Positions 10,053-20,557 of a stretch of DNA of 64,000 nucleotides are shown here, in pieces (the stretch's first letter is position 1; every line of letters starts with the position of its first letter). Origin of the DNA: Arcobacteraceae bacterium (lineage in GTDB: Bacteria > Campylobacterota > Campylobacteria > Campylobacterales > Arcobacteraceae); assembly GCA_963662945.1 (NCBI GenBank), contig OY759974.1, forward strand, positions 448,001-512,000. Reading direction: 5' to 3'. The position numbers and the translations under genes were made by a program. The notes beneath the pieces were generated by a model that had not been told where the DNA came from, ran no database searches, and saw nothing but the letters and a program-made list of their open reading frames with translations.

Positions 10053-10415
10053 ATGTATTTAGTGGTAGATGATTCACGTATGGCACGTAAAATGGCTGTG
10101 AAAAACTTAACATTAGTTGTGGGAGAAACAGCCAAGATAATTGAAGCACAAGATGGTCAAGAGGCTGTAGAGCTTTATAAGACTTATAAACCGACAATTT
10201 GTTTTATGGATTTAACTATGCCAATTATGGATGGTTTTGAAGCTATTAAAGAGATATGTAAGTTTGATCCAGATGCAAAAATCATTGTAATCAGTGCAGA
10301 TATACAAGAGCTTTCTATGAAGAAAGCAAAAGATAACGGTGCCATTGGATTTATAAAAAAACCTATTAGTCAAGATAATTTAAAAAGTATGTTAACAACA
10401 TTGGGATTGGTATAA
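10053..10415 (+). CDS. Single-domain CheY-like response regulator
   Basis: LVVDDS, FMDLTMPIMDG, ISAD, FIKKP. Confidence 0.9.
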   Translation: MYLVVDDSRMARKMAVKNLTLVVGETAKIIEAQDGQEAVELYKTYKPTICFMDLTMPIMDGFEAIKEICKFDPDAKIIVISADIQELSMKKAKDNGAIGFIKKPISQDNLKSMLTTLGLV

Positions 10416-11033
10416 ATGGAAAATATAATTGAATTAAATGAAGATGAAAAAGATTGTTTACAAGAATTAATGAATATCTCTTATGGTGCAGCAACAGCTG
10501 CAATTTCCGAAATAATAGGAAAATTTGCCACATTAAGTATCCCAAATATTGATACTATCTCATCAAAAGATTTAGTTGCACATCTTAATCAAAAACTATT
10601 AAGTAAAAATAAATATTATGTTGCAAATCAACTGATTAATGGCTATCTTGCTGGTGAAAATATTTTTATTATTGATGAAGTTTCGAGCATTAATTTAGCA
10701 CGTGAATTTGATTTAGATGAAGATGAAATAAATGAAAATGAGATCAAAGATATAATCCTTGAAATTACAAATATTCTTTCTTCAGCAACTTCAGGAAAAC
10801 TGGCAAGCTTAGTAGATACAAGTATCTCTTTTAGTGCCCCACACATCACTAAAATAAACTCAATTGATGAATTTGACAAAAGATTTGAGGGGGAATATAG
10901 TCATGTGATTATTATCTCTACTGAATTAAATTTTAAAGAACAAAATATAAAAGGTGAATTGATGATACTTACAAAAAGAGAATCATCAATTTTTCTAAAA
11001 AAAGCACTTGATAATGCTTTAGATAATCTCTAA
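10416..11033 (+). CDS. CheC-like phosphatase
   Basis: Two D.L.E..NI motifs (DCLQELMNI, DIILEITNI). Confidence 0.85.
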   Translation: MENIIELNEDEKDCLQELMNISYGAATAAISEIIGKFATLSIPNIDTISSKDLVAHLNQKLLSKNKYYVANQLINGYLAGENIFIIDEVSSINLAREFDLDEDEINENEIKDIILEITNILSSATSGKLASLVDTSISFSAPHITKINSIDEFDKRFEGEYSHVIIISTELNFKEQNIKGELMILTKRESSIFLKKALDNALDNL

Positions 11034-11047
11034 ATTAGGAATTTATA

Positions 11048-11977
11048 ATGCAAATAGATAACAATATAATTTTTAATACTGTTAATAATGGAATTATTAT
11101 TCTTGATGAAGATTTAAATGTAAAAGCTTGGAATAAGTGGCTTGAAATTTTTACTAAAGTGAAAGAAAAAGATATTATTGGAAAAAGTCTTTGTCAATAT
11201 TTTCCTTATATCAATGAAAAAAAACTCAGAAGAAAAGCAAAAACTGTTTTAGTAACAAAAAATCCTTCTTTTTTAAGTCTTAATACAAATAGATATCTTA
11301 TAAATATCCCTGTTAGTAATGTTACAAATACTGTTTTTGAATCTATGCAACAAGATATTACAATACTTCCTTATGATTTAGAGAAAAAATACATTTGTAT
11401 CTATATTTATGACAATACTTTAATGTGTGAGATTAACCAAAAACTTGAACGGGCAAATGAAGAACTTATTGATATGTCTCATAGAGACCCTTTAACACAG
11501 ATTTTTAATAGAAGATATTTTTCAGAACAATCAAAAAAAATCAAATCATTCTCACAAAGAAACAATAATATCCCATTTAGTATTATAACTTTAGATATTG
11601 ATAAATTCAAAAAAATCAATGATACCTATGGACACTTAGTTGGAGATGAAGTTATCATAAAAGTTGCCCACATTATTGAGGAAGAGGTAAGAACAAGTGA
11701 TATTGTTGCAAGATTTGGTGGGGAAGAATTTGTTATGTTACTCCAAGACTGTGACCTTGACAATGCTTATAAAGTAGCTGAAAAAGTACGACAAGATATA
11801 GAAAAAGCATCTATACCAGTACATATTGATACCGACGTAAAATTTACCGTTAGTATTGGTGTTGCTCAATTTAGTGAAGCAGATAATAATAATATAGAAC
11901 TCACTCTTTCACGAGCTGATGAAGCACTTTATAAAGCAAAAAATATTGGAAGAAATAAAACTGTAGTATCATACTAA
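11048..11977 (+). CDS. PAS-GGDEF diguanylate cyclase
   Basis: N-terminal PAS; DIDKFKKINDTYGH, RTSD I-site, GGEEF. Confidence 0.9.
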   Translation: MQIDNNIIFNTVNNGIIILDEDLNVKAWNKWLEIFTKVKEKDIIGKSLCQYFPYINEKKLRRKAKTVLVTKNPSFLSLNTNRYLINIPVSNVTNTVFESMQQDITILPYDLEKKYICIYIYDNTLMCEINQKLERANEELIDMSHRDPLTQIFNRRYFSEQSKKIKSFSQRNNNIPFSIITLDIDKFKKINDTYGHLVGDEVIIKVAHIIEEEVRTSDIVARFGGEEFVMLLQDCDLDNAYKVAEKVRQDIEKASIPVHIDTDVKFTVSIGVAQFSEADNNNIELTLSRADEALYKAKNIGRNKTVVSY

Positions 11978-12817
11978 CAGTTTCATTCTAGTTCCAATAT
12001 TTGCCATCCCACACGTATATACTTTACTTGTAACAATGCCATCAATTCCAGTGGCGGCAAACTCTTTTGCATTATTAATATCAATACCTCCAGAAGCTAA
12101 AACTTTAACAGATTGAAATTTTTTATTTTTATACTCAATAATTTTTTCTAAGGTTTCAACAGTTACTTTGTCCATTTGTAATACATCTGCACCATGCATC
12201 ATAACTCTTATTGCATCTTCTAAATTATCTGATTCTACTACTATCTTTTTTTCTGGTACTTTTCGTTTTAAATTATAAATATTTTCATAAAATTCTTGAT
12301 TAGAGTTATAAACTATTCTATGATTCTCAAAAAACACTATTGTTTCACCAAGATTTAATCTATGTGGCATTCCCCCGCCAGTAAGAATTGATTTTATACA
12401 AAACTTTTTTGCAAAAGGAAAAGTTTTTCGTGTAGTTAATAACTCACAATGTTGGTTTGTTTTTTTCATCTCTTTTTTCATATTATAAGTATATGTTGTC
12501 ATTTTACAACTATACTCAAGTAAAACTTGTGCTGGTCTCCATGCTTTATGTACATTGTTATAATCCCCACTAAACTTCAATAAAGTCTCACCTTCTTTTG
12601 CTTTTTGTTTAGAAGAGATATAAAAATCTACATCACAACCCAATAATTTTACTATTCTACAAGCTTCTTCCATACAAGATACAATAACATTTTCTCTCGT
12701 AACGATTTCCAAACTTACATATTTATCTTGAATATCTTGTAAATGTGTGGTTAAATCTAGATATGGAATATCTTCATTTATATATTGTTCTAATTCATAA
12801 TCACTAAAATGTACCAA
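11969..12817 (-). CDS. modD: ModD (NadC/QAPRTase-like) protein
   Basis: EDIPYLDLTT, TTRKTFP, HRLNLGET, GADVLQMDK; mod context. Confidence 0.88.
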   Translation of the reverse strand: MVHFSDYELEQYINEDIPYLDLTTHLQDIQDKYVSLEIVTRENVIVSCMEEACRIVKLLGCDVDFYISSKQKAKEGETLLKFSGDYNNVHKAWRPAQVLLEYSCKMTTYTYNMKKEMKKTNQHCELLTTRKTFPFAKKFCIKSILTGGGMPHRLNLGETIVFFENHRIVYNSNQEFYENIYNLKRKVPEKKIVVESDNLEDAIRVMMHGADVLQMDKVTVETLEKIIEYKNKKFQSVKVLASGGIDINNAKEFAATGIDGIVTSKVYTCGMANIGTRMKLLV

Positions 12818-12846
12818 AAAATTTTCCTTTTTATTTTCATTGTTGC

Positions 12847-12878
12847 TTGGTTTATTTCATTAAAATGAAATAAACCAA
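12847..12878. other. Perfect 14-bp-stem hairpin between TOBE gene and modD
   Basis: TTGGTTTATTTCAT-TAAA-ATGAAATAAACCAA. Confidence 0.6.
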
Positions 12879-12884
12879 AATGTC

Positions 12885-13298
12885 TTAAGCAATTAATATA
12901 ACACTTGAAGCTTTAAAGATTGCATAAACCGTATCACCTTTTGCAATTAATAAATCTTCAACTGACTCATTTGTCACTATAGCACATATAATACTATCTC
13001 CTACTGCCAGCTTCACTTCACTATTAACTGCACCTTTAATTACTTCTGTAACTACACCTTTGAGATTATTTCTTGCCGTTGCTTTTAATACAGATTTACT
13101 TAAAATAATTGAAGACGCTTTTACAATAGTACCCACAGTATCCCCAATACTCAAACCTAAAGCTTCTTTACCTTCATTTGTCACTGTAGCACAAATATGT
13201 ACCGCATCTGAAACTTCAACTTTAACTTCAGTCATAACTGCACCATTGATAAACTCAACAATTTTACCACTTAATTGATTTCTAGCACTTGTTTTCAT
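12885..13298 (-). CDS. Di-TOBE molybdate-binding protein (ModG/Mop-like)
   Basis: Two SARN/TARN..G..KASS repeats. Confidence 0.9.
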   Translation of the reverse strand: MKTSARNQLSGKIVEFINGAVMTEVKVEVSDAVHICATVTNEGKEALGLSIGDTVGTIVKASSIILSKSVLKATARNNLKGVVTEVIKGAVNSEVKLAVGDSIICAIVTNESVEDLLIAKGDTVYAIFKASSVILIA

Positions 13299-13363
13299 TG
13301 AAAACTCCTTATATTAAAATTAAATCCTTTAGCATTTCCGCTAAAAGACTTAAATTTAATATA

Positions 13364-14041
13364 CTAAATAACTTTCTCTTTTTTTTGTAAAATACTTAAA
13401 CTTATAAAAAATATTAAAGATGTCACAACTAAAATACCACTTAAAATCATTGCCAAGTCATACTCTCCATCAAAAACAGCATTATAAATTGCCAAAGATA
13501 CCGTATCTGTTTTTCCTACAATATTTCCACCTAACATTAAAGTAATTCCAACTTCACCTAATGCCCTAGCAGTTGCAATCAATAAAGCAACTACAAGAGA
13601 ATTTTTTATTGTTGGCAAAACAATGAAAAGAAATGTCTTTACTTCACTTTTTCCACTGATAAACGAAGCTTCTTTTATCTGCTTTGGAAACTGTTCTATA
13701 CTTGATTGCAATGGTTTTACCATCAGTGGTAATCCAGCAACAAATCCAGCTATGACAATCCCTGTGAAACTAAATATTAGACTAATGTCAAACTTTTGGA
13801 GAAATGCCCCTAATGCTCCATCTCTTCCCAAAAGCAAAAGGAGAAAAAAGCCCACGGCAATCGGTGGAAAAATTAGAGGCATAGTAACTATGGTATCTAG
13901 TAACCATTTAAACTTTAAATTCTCTTTTGAGAGTAAATAAGCCAAAGGAACACCCAATACTATAAACAAAATAGCACTTACACTAATAGTTTTAACACTT
14001 AATAAAAGCGGTTGTGTTATGAGTGCAAGTTCTATATTCAT
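13364..14041 (-). CDS. modB: Molybdate ABC permease (second copy)
   Basis: MPLIFPPIAVGF, ARALGEVGITLMLGGNI.GKT. Confidence 0.85.
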   Translation of the reverse strand: MNIELALITQPLLLSVKTISVSAILFIVLGVPLAYLLSKENLKFKWLLDTIVTMPLIFPPIAVGFFLLLLLGRDGALGAFLQKFDISLIFSFTGIVIAGFVAGLPLMVKPLQSSIEQFPKQIKEASFISGKSEVKTFLFIVLPTIKNSLVVALLIATARALGEVGITLMLGGNIVGKTDTVSLAIYNAVFDGEYDLAMILSGILVVTSLIFFISLSILQKKEKVI

Positions 14042-14748
14042 TACAAACCATACTTTCTAAATATATCTTTTGAGGTTTGTGTTGCTAAAAATTCTACAAA
14101 TTTTTCACACTCTTTTGTATTACAGCTAGCCAGTTTTCCAGTAACTATCTCAATAGGCGAATAGTATTGTTGCGGTACTTCTATATATCCACCTATTTTA
14201 GCTTTGTTTGCCAAAGTAGCAGTAAGATTTACTATACCTGCATCTACTTCATTTGTAATCACGTAAGTCATAGATTGAGGTACTGTTGCAACTACATACA
14301 ATTTCTCTTTTACACTATCATACAATTTTGCATTTTTTAGAAATTGCTCACCAGCTATACCATAAATAGCTTTTTTTGGCTGAGGCATAGATATTTTTCC
14401 TATTGTATCTTTTGTTAAATCTCCAATTGAAGTTATGCTTTTTCCTTTTGGGTATGCAACTACAACTTTTCCTGTACCTAAATATAAATACTCTTTAAAA
14501 TCTAACTTACTTTTTTTTGATAAAAAGTTTTTATCCCCAACAATTACAGCAATATCAGTTTCTTTTGCTTGAGTAGTTATTTGTTTCATATTTCCAAAAA
14601 AAGCATCAATCTTGTCACCATTTTTTTCATACTCTTTTATCACATCCATCAAAGGTTTTTTATACCCAGCACCAGCTGCTACTTTTAAATTTGCTCCGTT
14701 TACAACTACACCTAAAGCTATCACACTTAATACTATTTTTTTTAACAT
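14041..14748 (-). CDS. modA: Molybdate-binding protein ModA-like (second, divergent copy)
   Basis: Signal peptide; PKKAIYGIA, EVDAGIVN, FRKYG; ModE box upstream. Confidence 0.75.
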   Translation of the reverse strand: MLKKIVLSVIALGVVVNGANLKVAAGAGYKKPLMDVIKEYEKNGDKIDAFFGNMKQITTQAKETDIAVIVGDKNFLSKKSKLDFKEYLYLGTGKVVVAYPKGKSITSIGDLTKDTIGKISMPQPKKAIYGIAGEQFLKNAKLYDSVKEKLYVVATVPQSMTYVITNEVDAGIVNLTATLANKAKIGGYIEVPQQYYSPIEIVTGKLASCNTKECEKFVEFLATQTSKDIFRKYGL

Positions 14749-14752
14749 TTTC

Positions 14753-14780
14753 TTCCTTATATAATAAACTATACAACGAT
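14753..14780 (-). promoter_or_regulatory. ModE operator overlapping the RBS of second modA
   Basis: TTCCTTATATA-ATAAAC-TATACAACGAT versus consensus ATCGNTATATA-N6-TATATANCGAT. Confidence 0.75.
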
Positions 14781-14792
14781 AGTCAAATTTTT

Positions 14793-15659
14793 TTAAATTT
14801 TTTTTATAAGCGGTGTAAATGCTTTAGTACTTACAATAACACTTTGCCCCATCTTTAAAGTTGTTACTTCTTCATTGCTTACAACAACTTCAACTAATTG
14901 TTGACCAATAGATACAATAGCAATATTAATTACATCTACTTTTATAATATCTAATAACTCTCCTTCAAAAGAAAATTTTTGACTCCCACTAGTTTTAAGT
15001 AAAACATCTTTTGGTAATCCATCATTAATAATTTCACCATAATTTAAAACCACAACTCTAGAAGCTAATCTATAAATTTCACTTGGATCATGACTTACCA
15101 TAATAGTAGTAGTATTAAATTCTTTATGAAGTGTTAATATCTCATTTTGTAATTTTGTTCTCATAGTAGGATCAAGAGCAGAAAGTGGTTCATCCATTAG
15201 AAGTAACTTAGGTCTATTCATCATTGCTCGACATAAGCTTACACGCTGTTTTTGACCACCACTTAATGTGTTTGGCATTCTATGTTGTAATTCTATAAGT
15301 TCTGTCATATTCAAAAGTTTCTGTGCTAATTCTTTATCTTTTTGGACAAAAAGTAAATTATCTATGACACTCATATTTGGAAATAAAGCATAATCCTGAA
15401 ATACAAACCCTATTTTTCTTTTTTGAGCTGCTATTGTGTATGATTCATTTTGCCAAATTTCATCGCCAACTTGAATGATTCCATTTGATTTTTCAAGCCC
15501 TGCCAAGATTCGTAAAAGTGTTGTTTTCCCACTTCCACTTTGTCCAGCAAGAGCTACAAAATCACCTTTTTTTATATCTAAATTGACATTTAAATCCATT
15601 TGTCCATTTGCACCATGTAATTTTTTATTAATATTTATATGAATCATTATTATTTCCAA
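14793..15659 (-). CDS. modC: Molybdate ABC ATPase
   Basis: GQSGSGKT, FQDYALFP, LSGGQ, LLMDEP; start may be Met5 (15647). Confidence 0.88.
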   Translation of the reverse strand: MEIIMIHININKKLHGANGQMDLNVNLDIKKGDFVALAGQSGSGKTTLLRILAGLEKSNGIIQVGDEIWQNESYTIAAQKRKIGFVFQDYALFPNMSVIDNLLFVQKDKELAQKLLNMTELIELQHRMPNTLSGGQKQRVSLCRAMMNRPKLLLMDEPLSALDPTMRTKLQNEILTLHKEFNTTTIMVSHDPSEIYRLASRVVVLNYGEIINDGLPKDVLLKTSGSQKFSFEGELLDIIKVDVINIAIVSIGQQLVEVVVSNEEVTTLKMGQSVIVSTKAFTPLIKKI

Positions 15660-15671
15660 TCTCTTATAATT

Positions 15672-16214
15672 TTATGCAAATTCAACATTGCAAGCAAATA
15701 CTCTTTTATAAAGTTTTAATTTTTTTGTAAGTGGTAACCATTTTATAAGTAGTGTTGCTAAGGCTTCCCATAAAGAAACCCAACCTGCAACCAACATCCC
15801 TTCTGATACTATTTTGATGAAAAAATTCTCACTACCTCCTGTAAGCAGTGCACATGCAGTAAAAAATAATCCTATTACTATGAAGATAAAACTATTCTTT
15901 ATCTGCTCTCTCATCTTTTTTTTCTCTAAATCTTGTAAATATGAGAAATAATGTTTAATACTATTTCTTACTTTTTCTTGAAGTCCCTTATCTACTTTTT
16001 CTTCAATATAAAATTTAATATAAAAAGATTCTTTTCCTATTTCATTGACACTTTCTATTATATATTCTACAAGTTCTTGATCCAAATCTTTTTTTGAAAA
16101 AGATGATTTTTTATCAAACTCATTATATAAATCTTCAACTTTTACCGCTGATACTTTAATGATAACCTCTCCATTATCACTTATATCATATCGTTCTAGA
16201 ATCTTTTTTTTCAT
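15672..16214 (-). CDS. Hypothetical protein with two C-terminal TM helices, inside the mod operon
   Basis: 180-aa ORF; EGMLVAGWVSLWE; tight spacing with modB and modC. Confidence 0.7.
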   Translation of the reverse strand: MKKKILERYDISDNGEVIIKVSAVKVEDLYNEFDKKSSFSKKDLDQELVEYIIESVNEIGKESFYIKFYIEEKVDKGLQEKVRNSIKHYFSYLQDLEKKKMREQIKNSFIFIVIGLFFTACALLTGGSENFFIKIVSEGMLVAGWVSLWEALATLLIKWLPLTKKLKLYKRVFACNVEFA

Positions 16215-16217
16215 AAC

Positions 16218-16910
16218 TTATATCCCAGAGTTTTTATTTACTTTGCCATTAAATATATAAACACTTAACAACACTAAGAAACTAATCACTACCATAATTG
16301 CACTATAAATATGTGCCATTTTATAATCCATAATCTCAACAAATTCATAAATAGCAACTGATGCTACTTTTGTTTCATTAGGAATACTTCCACCAACCAT
16401 TAATACAACTCCAAACTCTCCAACTGTATGAGCAAAAGTAACAATAATTGCTGTCATTAAAGCTGGTTTTATATTTGGTATTGCAACTTTAATTATAGTT
16501 TCTACTTTTCCTTTTCCACTTATATAACTAGCTTCTAGCATATTTTTATTGATAGACTCAAAACCACTTTGAAGGGGTTGAACCATAAATGGTAAACTAT
16601 AAAAACAACTAGCAACAATAAGACCTGTAAAGTTAAAAACTAATTTCACTCCAAATACATCTTCAAAAAACATCCCTATAGGAGAGTTATGGGATAATGC
16701 AACGAGAATATAAAATCCCAATACAGAAGGAGGTAATACAATTGGCAAAGCTGTTAATGCTTCTAAAAATGGTTTTGCTTTTGAAGTAGTTTGAGATAAA
16801 TACCAACTCAGAGGAATACTAATAAAAAATAATATTGCAGTAGTAATCCCAGCCAATTTAAAAGATAATAAAAAAGGCTCAAATTCTATAGTTTGTAATA
16901 ATTCAATCAT
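16218..16910 (-). CDS. modB: Molybdate ABC permease
   Basis: [38 protein letters not shown]. Confidence 0.92.
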   Translation of the reverse strand: MIELLQTIEFEPFLLSFKLAGITTAILFFISIPLSWYLSQTTSKAKPFLEALTALPIVLPPSVLGFYILVALSHNSPIGMFFEDVFGVKLVFNFTGLIVASCFYSLPFMVQPLQSGFESINKNMLEASYISGKGKVETIIKVAIPNIKPALMTAIIVTFAHTVGEFGVVLMVGGSIPNETKVASVAIYEFVEIMDYKMAHIYSAIMVVISFLVLLSVYIFNGKVNKNSGI

Positions 16911-17304
16911 TTATAATTTCCCCAATTGAGAGTTCACTTGCTTTTATCAATGCAGTAATTTTATCACCTACTTTCAAATCCATTTTTAATGAAGAGTTTA
17001 AAGTAATGATTGACTCCAAAGTAGTATCAACAAATGAAAGTTTCACACTACTTAAAAGTTGCCCATTTTCTATTGAAACAATAGTTGTATCAAGTTTATT
17101 AGAATAGCTCACTTCTCCACTAAAATTTTTTGCAATTGCTATGTGAGATGGTTTAATAAGTAATTTTACAACCGTACCAACTTGTATTTCATCACTCAAA
17201 CCTAAACTCATCATTGATAAAGTTTGACCTTTTAGGTCAAACTTCACAATATGCAAATTATCACAATTATTAATTTGAGATACAGTTGCAATTAAACTAC
17301 TCAT
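16903..17304 (-). CDS. TOBE-domain protein
   Basis: [28 protein letters not shown]. Confidence 0.85.
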   Translation of the reverse strand: MSSLIATVSQINNCDNLHIVKFDLKGQTLSMMSLGLSDEIQVGTVVKLLIKPSHIAIAKNFSGEVSYSNKLDTTIVSIENGQLLSSVKLSFVDTTLESIITLNSSLKMDLKVGDKITALIKASELSIGEIIND

Positions 17305-18056
17305 GGTACTAAATATCCATATTTTTTGAATATTGCTTTTGCTTTATCCCCTAAGATAAAATCATAAAAAGCTTTTGCTTCACTATTATCTTGAGCATTT
17401 TTAAGTATTACAATACCTTGATTAATTGGTGTATATAATTTTGGATCAACATCTGACCAATTAATACCCTCTTTATATTGAGCCATTTTAGGACTATATA
17501 ATGAAGACTTTGCAATAAATCCAATATCAGCAGCTGTTACAGCATATGATACTGTTTGAGAAATTGACTCTGCATATACAAATTTTCCTTCTACTTTATC
17601 ATAAACATTTGCATTCTTCATAGCTTCTACAGCTGCTTTTCCATAAGGTGCAGTTTTTGGATTTGCAACAGCAATTTTTGCTATATCTGCACTTTCAACT
17701 AAATGAATACCTTTTGAAAAATCTTGTTTTTTACTACTTAAATATGCAAGACTACCTTGAGCATAAACAATTGGCTTCGTTATAGCAATTCCATCACTAT
17801 ATAAAGCTTTTGGGTATTTCATATTTGCAGCCATAAATAATTGATATGGTGCACCATTTTTTATCTGAGCAGTTAACTTTCCACTACTTCCAAGTGTAAC
17901 TTGTACTTGTGTATCTGGATTTGTTTTATTAAACTCAGCTTTTAATTCATCAATAGCATAACTAACATTTGCAGCAACTGCAATATTTAATGTTCCTGCA
18001 TATAAAGAACCAACAAATAATAAACTTCCTAAAACTATTTTCTTTAACATTTTCAT
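17301..18056 (-). CDS. modA: Molybdate-binding periplasmic protein
   Basis: AVAANV, GSSGKLTAQIKNGAP, ANPKTAPYG. Confidence 0.93.
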   Translation of the reverse strand: MKMLKKIVLGSLLFVGSLYAGTLNIAVAANVSYAIDELKAEFNKTNPDTQVQVTLGSSGKLTAQIKNGAPYQLFMAANMKYPKALYSDGIAITKPIVYAQGSLAYLSSKKQDFSKGIHLVESADIAKIAVANPKTAPYGKAAVEAMKNANVYDKVEGKFVYAESISQTVSYAVTAADIGFIAKSSLYSPKMAQYKEGINWSDVDPKLYTPINQGIVILKNAQDNSEAKAFYDFILGDKAKAIFKKYGYLVP

Positions 18057-18060
18057 CCCT

Positions 18061-18843
18061 TTATTTTCCTATCATCACATCAGATGATTTTATAATAGCA
18101 CTTACACTATCACCAATTTGTAAATCTAAATTTCCTGTAGCATTTTTGGTAATAACAGATGCAATTTTATCCCCATTACCTATATCTACTAAAACTTCAC
18201 TGTTAATCTCACCTAAGTTTATATCAGTAATCTTACCTTGAAATTTATTTCTTGCACTTATATTGAGACTTAAATCAGTTGTTAAAAGAACTGAACTTGA
18301 TTTGAAAATAGCTACAACTTCATCTTTAAGCTGTAAATTTAAATTTTCTATTGCACCATTTGTAATAACACTTACTAATGTATATCCACTTTTTAATTTT
18401 ACATATACAGAAGAATTTACTTTTCCTTGCTCAATGTGTTCGACTGTTCCTTGTATCTGATTTCTTGCACTTATTTGCATTGAAAACCTTTCTAGAGATT
18501 TAAGGGCTCCTGTGTTAAAATCTGTCATCTTTGTCAATTGTGATAAAAACTTTTCATGTTCTTTTTGAAGAGTCGAATATGTTTTAATTAAGTTTTTACC
18601 ATAAGGTGTCACTTTTGCACCACCACCTCCAACACCACCTGTAGATTTCTCTACAACGGTTGTTGGACAAAGGTTGTTTATGGCATCGATAGCATCCCAT
18701 GCAGCTTTATAGCTCATGGGTACCTTTTTTGCAGCTTTACTAATAGAACCAGCCTCTTCTATATAACTTATGAGTTTGATTCTTTTTTCTAGTAGTAATG
18801 GTGTATCGCTATTAAATATTGTTAAAGATGATGAAAATTCCAC
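18061..18843 (-). CDS. modE: Molybdate-responsive regulator ModE (HTH + 2 TOBE), GTG start
   Basis: GSISKAAK..MSYKAAWDAI, GGVGGGGA, two ISARN repeats. Confidence 0.93.
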   Translation of the reverse strand: MEFSSSLTIFNSDTPLLLEKRIKLISYIEEAGSISKAAKKVPMSYKAAWDAIDAINNLCPTTVVEKSTGGVGGGGAKVTPYGKNLIKTYSTLQKEHEKFLSQLTKMTDFNTGALKSLERFSMQISARNQIQGTVEHIEQGKVNSSVYVKLKSGYTLVSVITNGAIENLNLQLKDEVVAIFKSSSVLLTTDLSLNISARNKFQGKITDINLGEINSEVLVDIGNGDKIASVITKNATGNLDLQIGDSVSAIIKSSDVMIGK

Positions 18844-18849
18844 ATTGAG

Positions 18850-18877
18850 TTCCTTATATAAACTGGTACATAACGAT
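18850..18877 (-). promoter_or_regulatory. ModE operator overlapping the modE RBS
   Basis: TTCCTTATATA-AACTGG-TACATAACGAT. Confidence 0.72.
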
Positions 18878-18913
18878 TTTTAAAAAAAATTCGCTATTCC
18901 CAACAAAAATATT

Positions 18914-18941
18914 ATCGTTATATAACTTAATATACAATGAA
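18914..18941 (-). promoter_or_regulatory. Second ModE operator upstream of modE
   Basis: ATCGTTATATA-ACTTAA-TATACAATGAA. Confidence 0.78.
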
Positions 18942-18946
18942 TATCT

Positions 18947-18978
18947 AAAAAAAACTAGAAGAAGTATCTTCTAGTTTT
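18947..18978 (-). terminator. Terminator of the nifHDK operon
   Basis: AAAACTAGAAGA-N4-TCTTCTAGTTTT plus T-run on minus strand. Confidence 0.82.
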
Positions 18979-19008
18979 AATCTGTAAATTTCGAAATTAC
19001 TATTGAAA

Positions 19009-20556
19009 TTATCTCACACAATCAAAGAAATAATCTGTTTTAGCTATATCTTTTGTTTCTTCATCTAATTGATCAAGAACAGAGTTTGTAATCCATGTTA
19101 ATAGATTTAAAGCACCTTTATAACCACTCATAGAGTATCTATGTAAGTGATGTCTATCAAAAATTGGGAAACCAATTCTGATTAAAGGTATTTTTGTATC
19201 TCTGTATAATTCTTTACCGTAAACATTTCCGATTAAGAAATCTACAGGCTCTGTAAATAATAATGATCTTAAATGCCATAAATCTTTACCAGCCCAGATT
19301 TGACAATCACTTGCCCAATCAGATTTGTCAATGATTGCTTGCATATCTGCTTCCCAACCTTTTCTTGGAGCATTGTGACATAATACGTGAGTTGGAATAC
19401 CACCCATTTCAACGATAAATGAAACAAGACCTAATAAGAAATCTGGATCACCATAGATTGCAAACTTTTTACCATGCATATATGGGTAAGAATCTTGCAT
19501 TGCATCTACTAATTGTGCTCTTTGAACTTTAAGAGCTTCAGGAACTTCTTTTCCTGTTAATTCAGCTAATTTCATTACAAACTCATCTGTACCAGCAAGT
19601 CCTATTGGATTACAAGTTTCGTATCCTTGTTTCCATTTATTTTTAATAGTCTTAGCAGTTTGAACTGTAGAATATTTTTGTAAAGAGATAGTTGCTTTAG
19701 CATTAATAGCTGTTTTAGCATCTTCCATTGAAGTACCACCAGCATATAGTGAATATCCACCAGCTCCAGTATTCCATTGCTCTTCGTGGTCACCTAACAT
19801 TACAATTTTGTCAGAGAACATTTTTGAAATTTCTTTAACTTCAGCTAATGATCCTAAGTATGGTTCAAAACCTGGAATAATGTTAATTCTTTCTTCATCT
19901 TTAACACTTGCTTCTTTACCGATACTTAATTGCTCAAGCATAGATTTCATCATATTATCATAACCTGTAATATGTGATCCAACAAATGATGGTGTATGAG
20001 CATAAGTTATTGGTAAATTATCTAATTCACCCTCAGCTTCATCTTTAGCACCGATAATAAATGCACCTAAGTCATCCCCGATAACTTCTGCCATACAAGT
20101 TGTAGATACAGCTATGTGTTCTGGTTTGTACATTGCATTACAGTTTCTTAAACCATCTTTCATATTTGCTAATCCACCGAAAACCGCTGCAGATTCAGAC
20201 ATAGAGTCAGAAACACATGGTGTTGGTTCTTTAAAGTGTCTTGTAAAGTATGATCTGAAGTATGCAACACATCCATGAGAACCATGTACATAAGGCATAG
20301 TATTTTCAAATCCAAGAGCAGCCATAATAGCACCTAATGGTTGACAAGCTTTAGCAGGGTTAACTGTAATAGCTTCTCTTGCTAGGTTTTTTTCTCTGTA
20401 ATCCCAAGATTTAGTCCACTCAGCAACTTCTTCAACTTTAGCAGGATTAACTGCACCCATTGAACCTTCGAATTGTTTTTTCGCTGCAAGAGAAGTTTGG
20501 TATTCTTCTTTTAAAAACAGCTTTTGTCCGTTTACTATATTATTTACATCTTGCAT
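19009..20556 (-). CDS. nifK: Nitrogenase MoFe protein beta chain
   Basis: NPAKACQPLGA, HGSHGCVAYFR, TTCMAEVIGDD, C-terminal FDCVR. Confidence 0.98.
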   Translation of the reverse strand: MQDVNNIVNGQKLFLKEEYQTSLAAKKQFEGSMGAVNPAKVEEVAEWTKSWDYREKNLAREAITVNPAKACQPLGAIMAALGFENTMPYVHGSHGCVAYFRSYFTRHFKEPTPCVSDSMSESAAVFGGLANMKDGLRNCNAMYKPEHIAVSTTCMAEVIGDDLGAFIIGAKDEAEGELDNLPITYAHTPSFVGSHITGYDNMMKSMLEQLSIGKEASVKDEERINIIPGFEPYLGSLAEVKEISKMFSDKIVMLGDHEEQWNTGAGGYSLYAGGTSMEDAKTAINAKATISLQKYSTVQTAKTIKNKWKQGYETCNPIGLAGTDEFVMKLAELTGKEVPEALKVQRAQLVDAMQDSYPYMHGKKFAIYGDPDFLLGLVSFIVEMGGIPTHVLCHNAPRKGWEADMQAIIDKSDWASDCQIWAGKDLWHLRSLLFTEPVDFLIGNVYGKELYRDTKIPLIRIGFPIFDRHHLHRYSMSGYKGALNLLTWITNSVLDQLDEETKDIAKTDYFFDCVR

Positions 20557-20557
20557 A

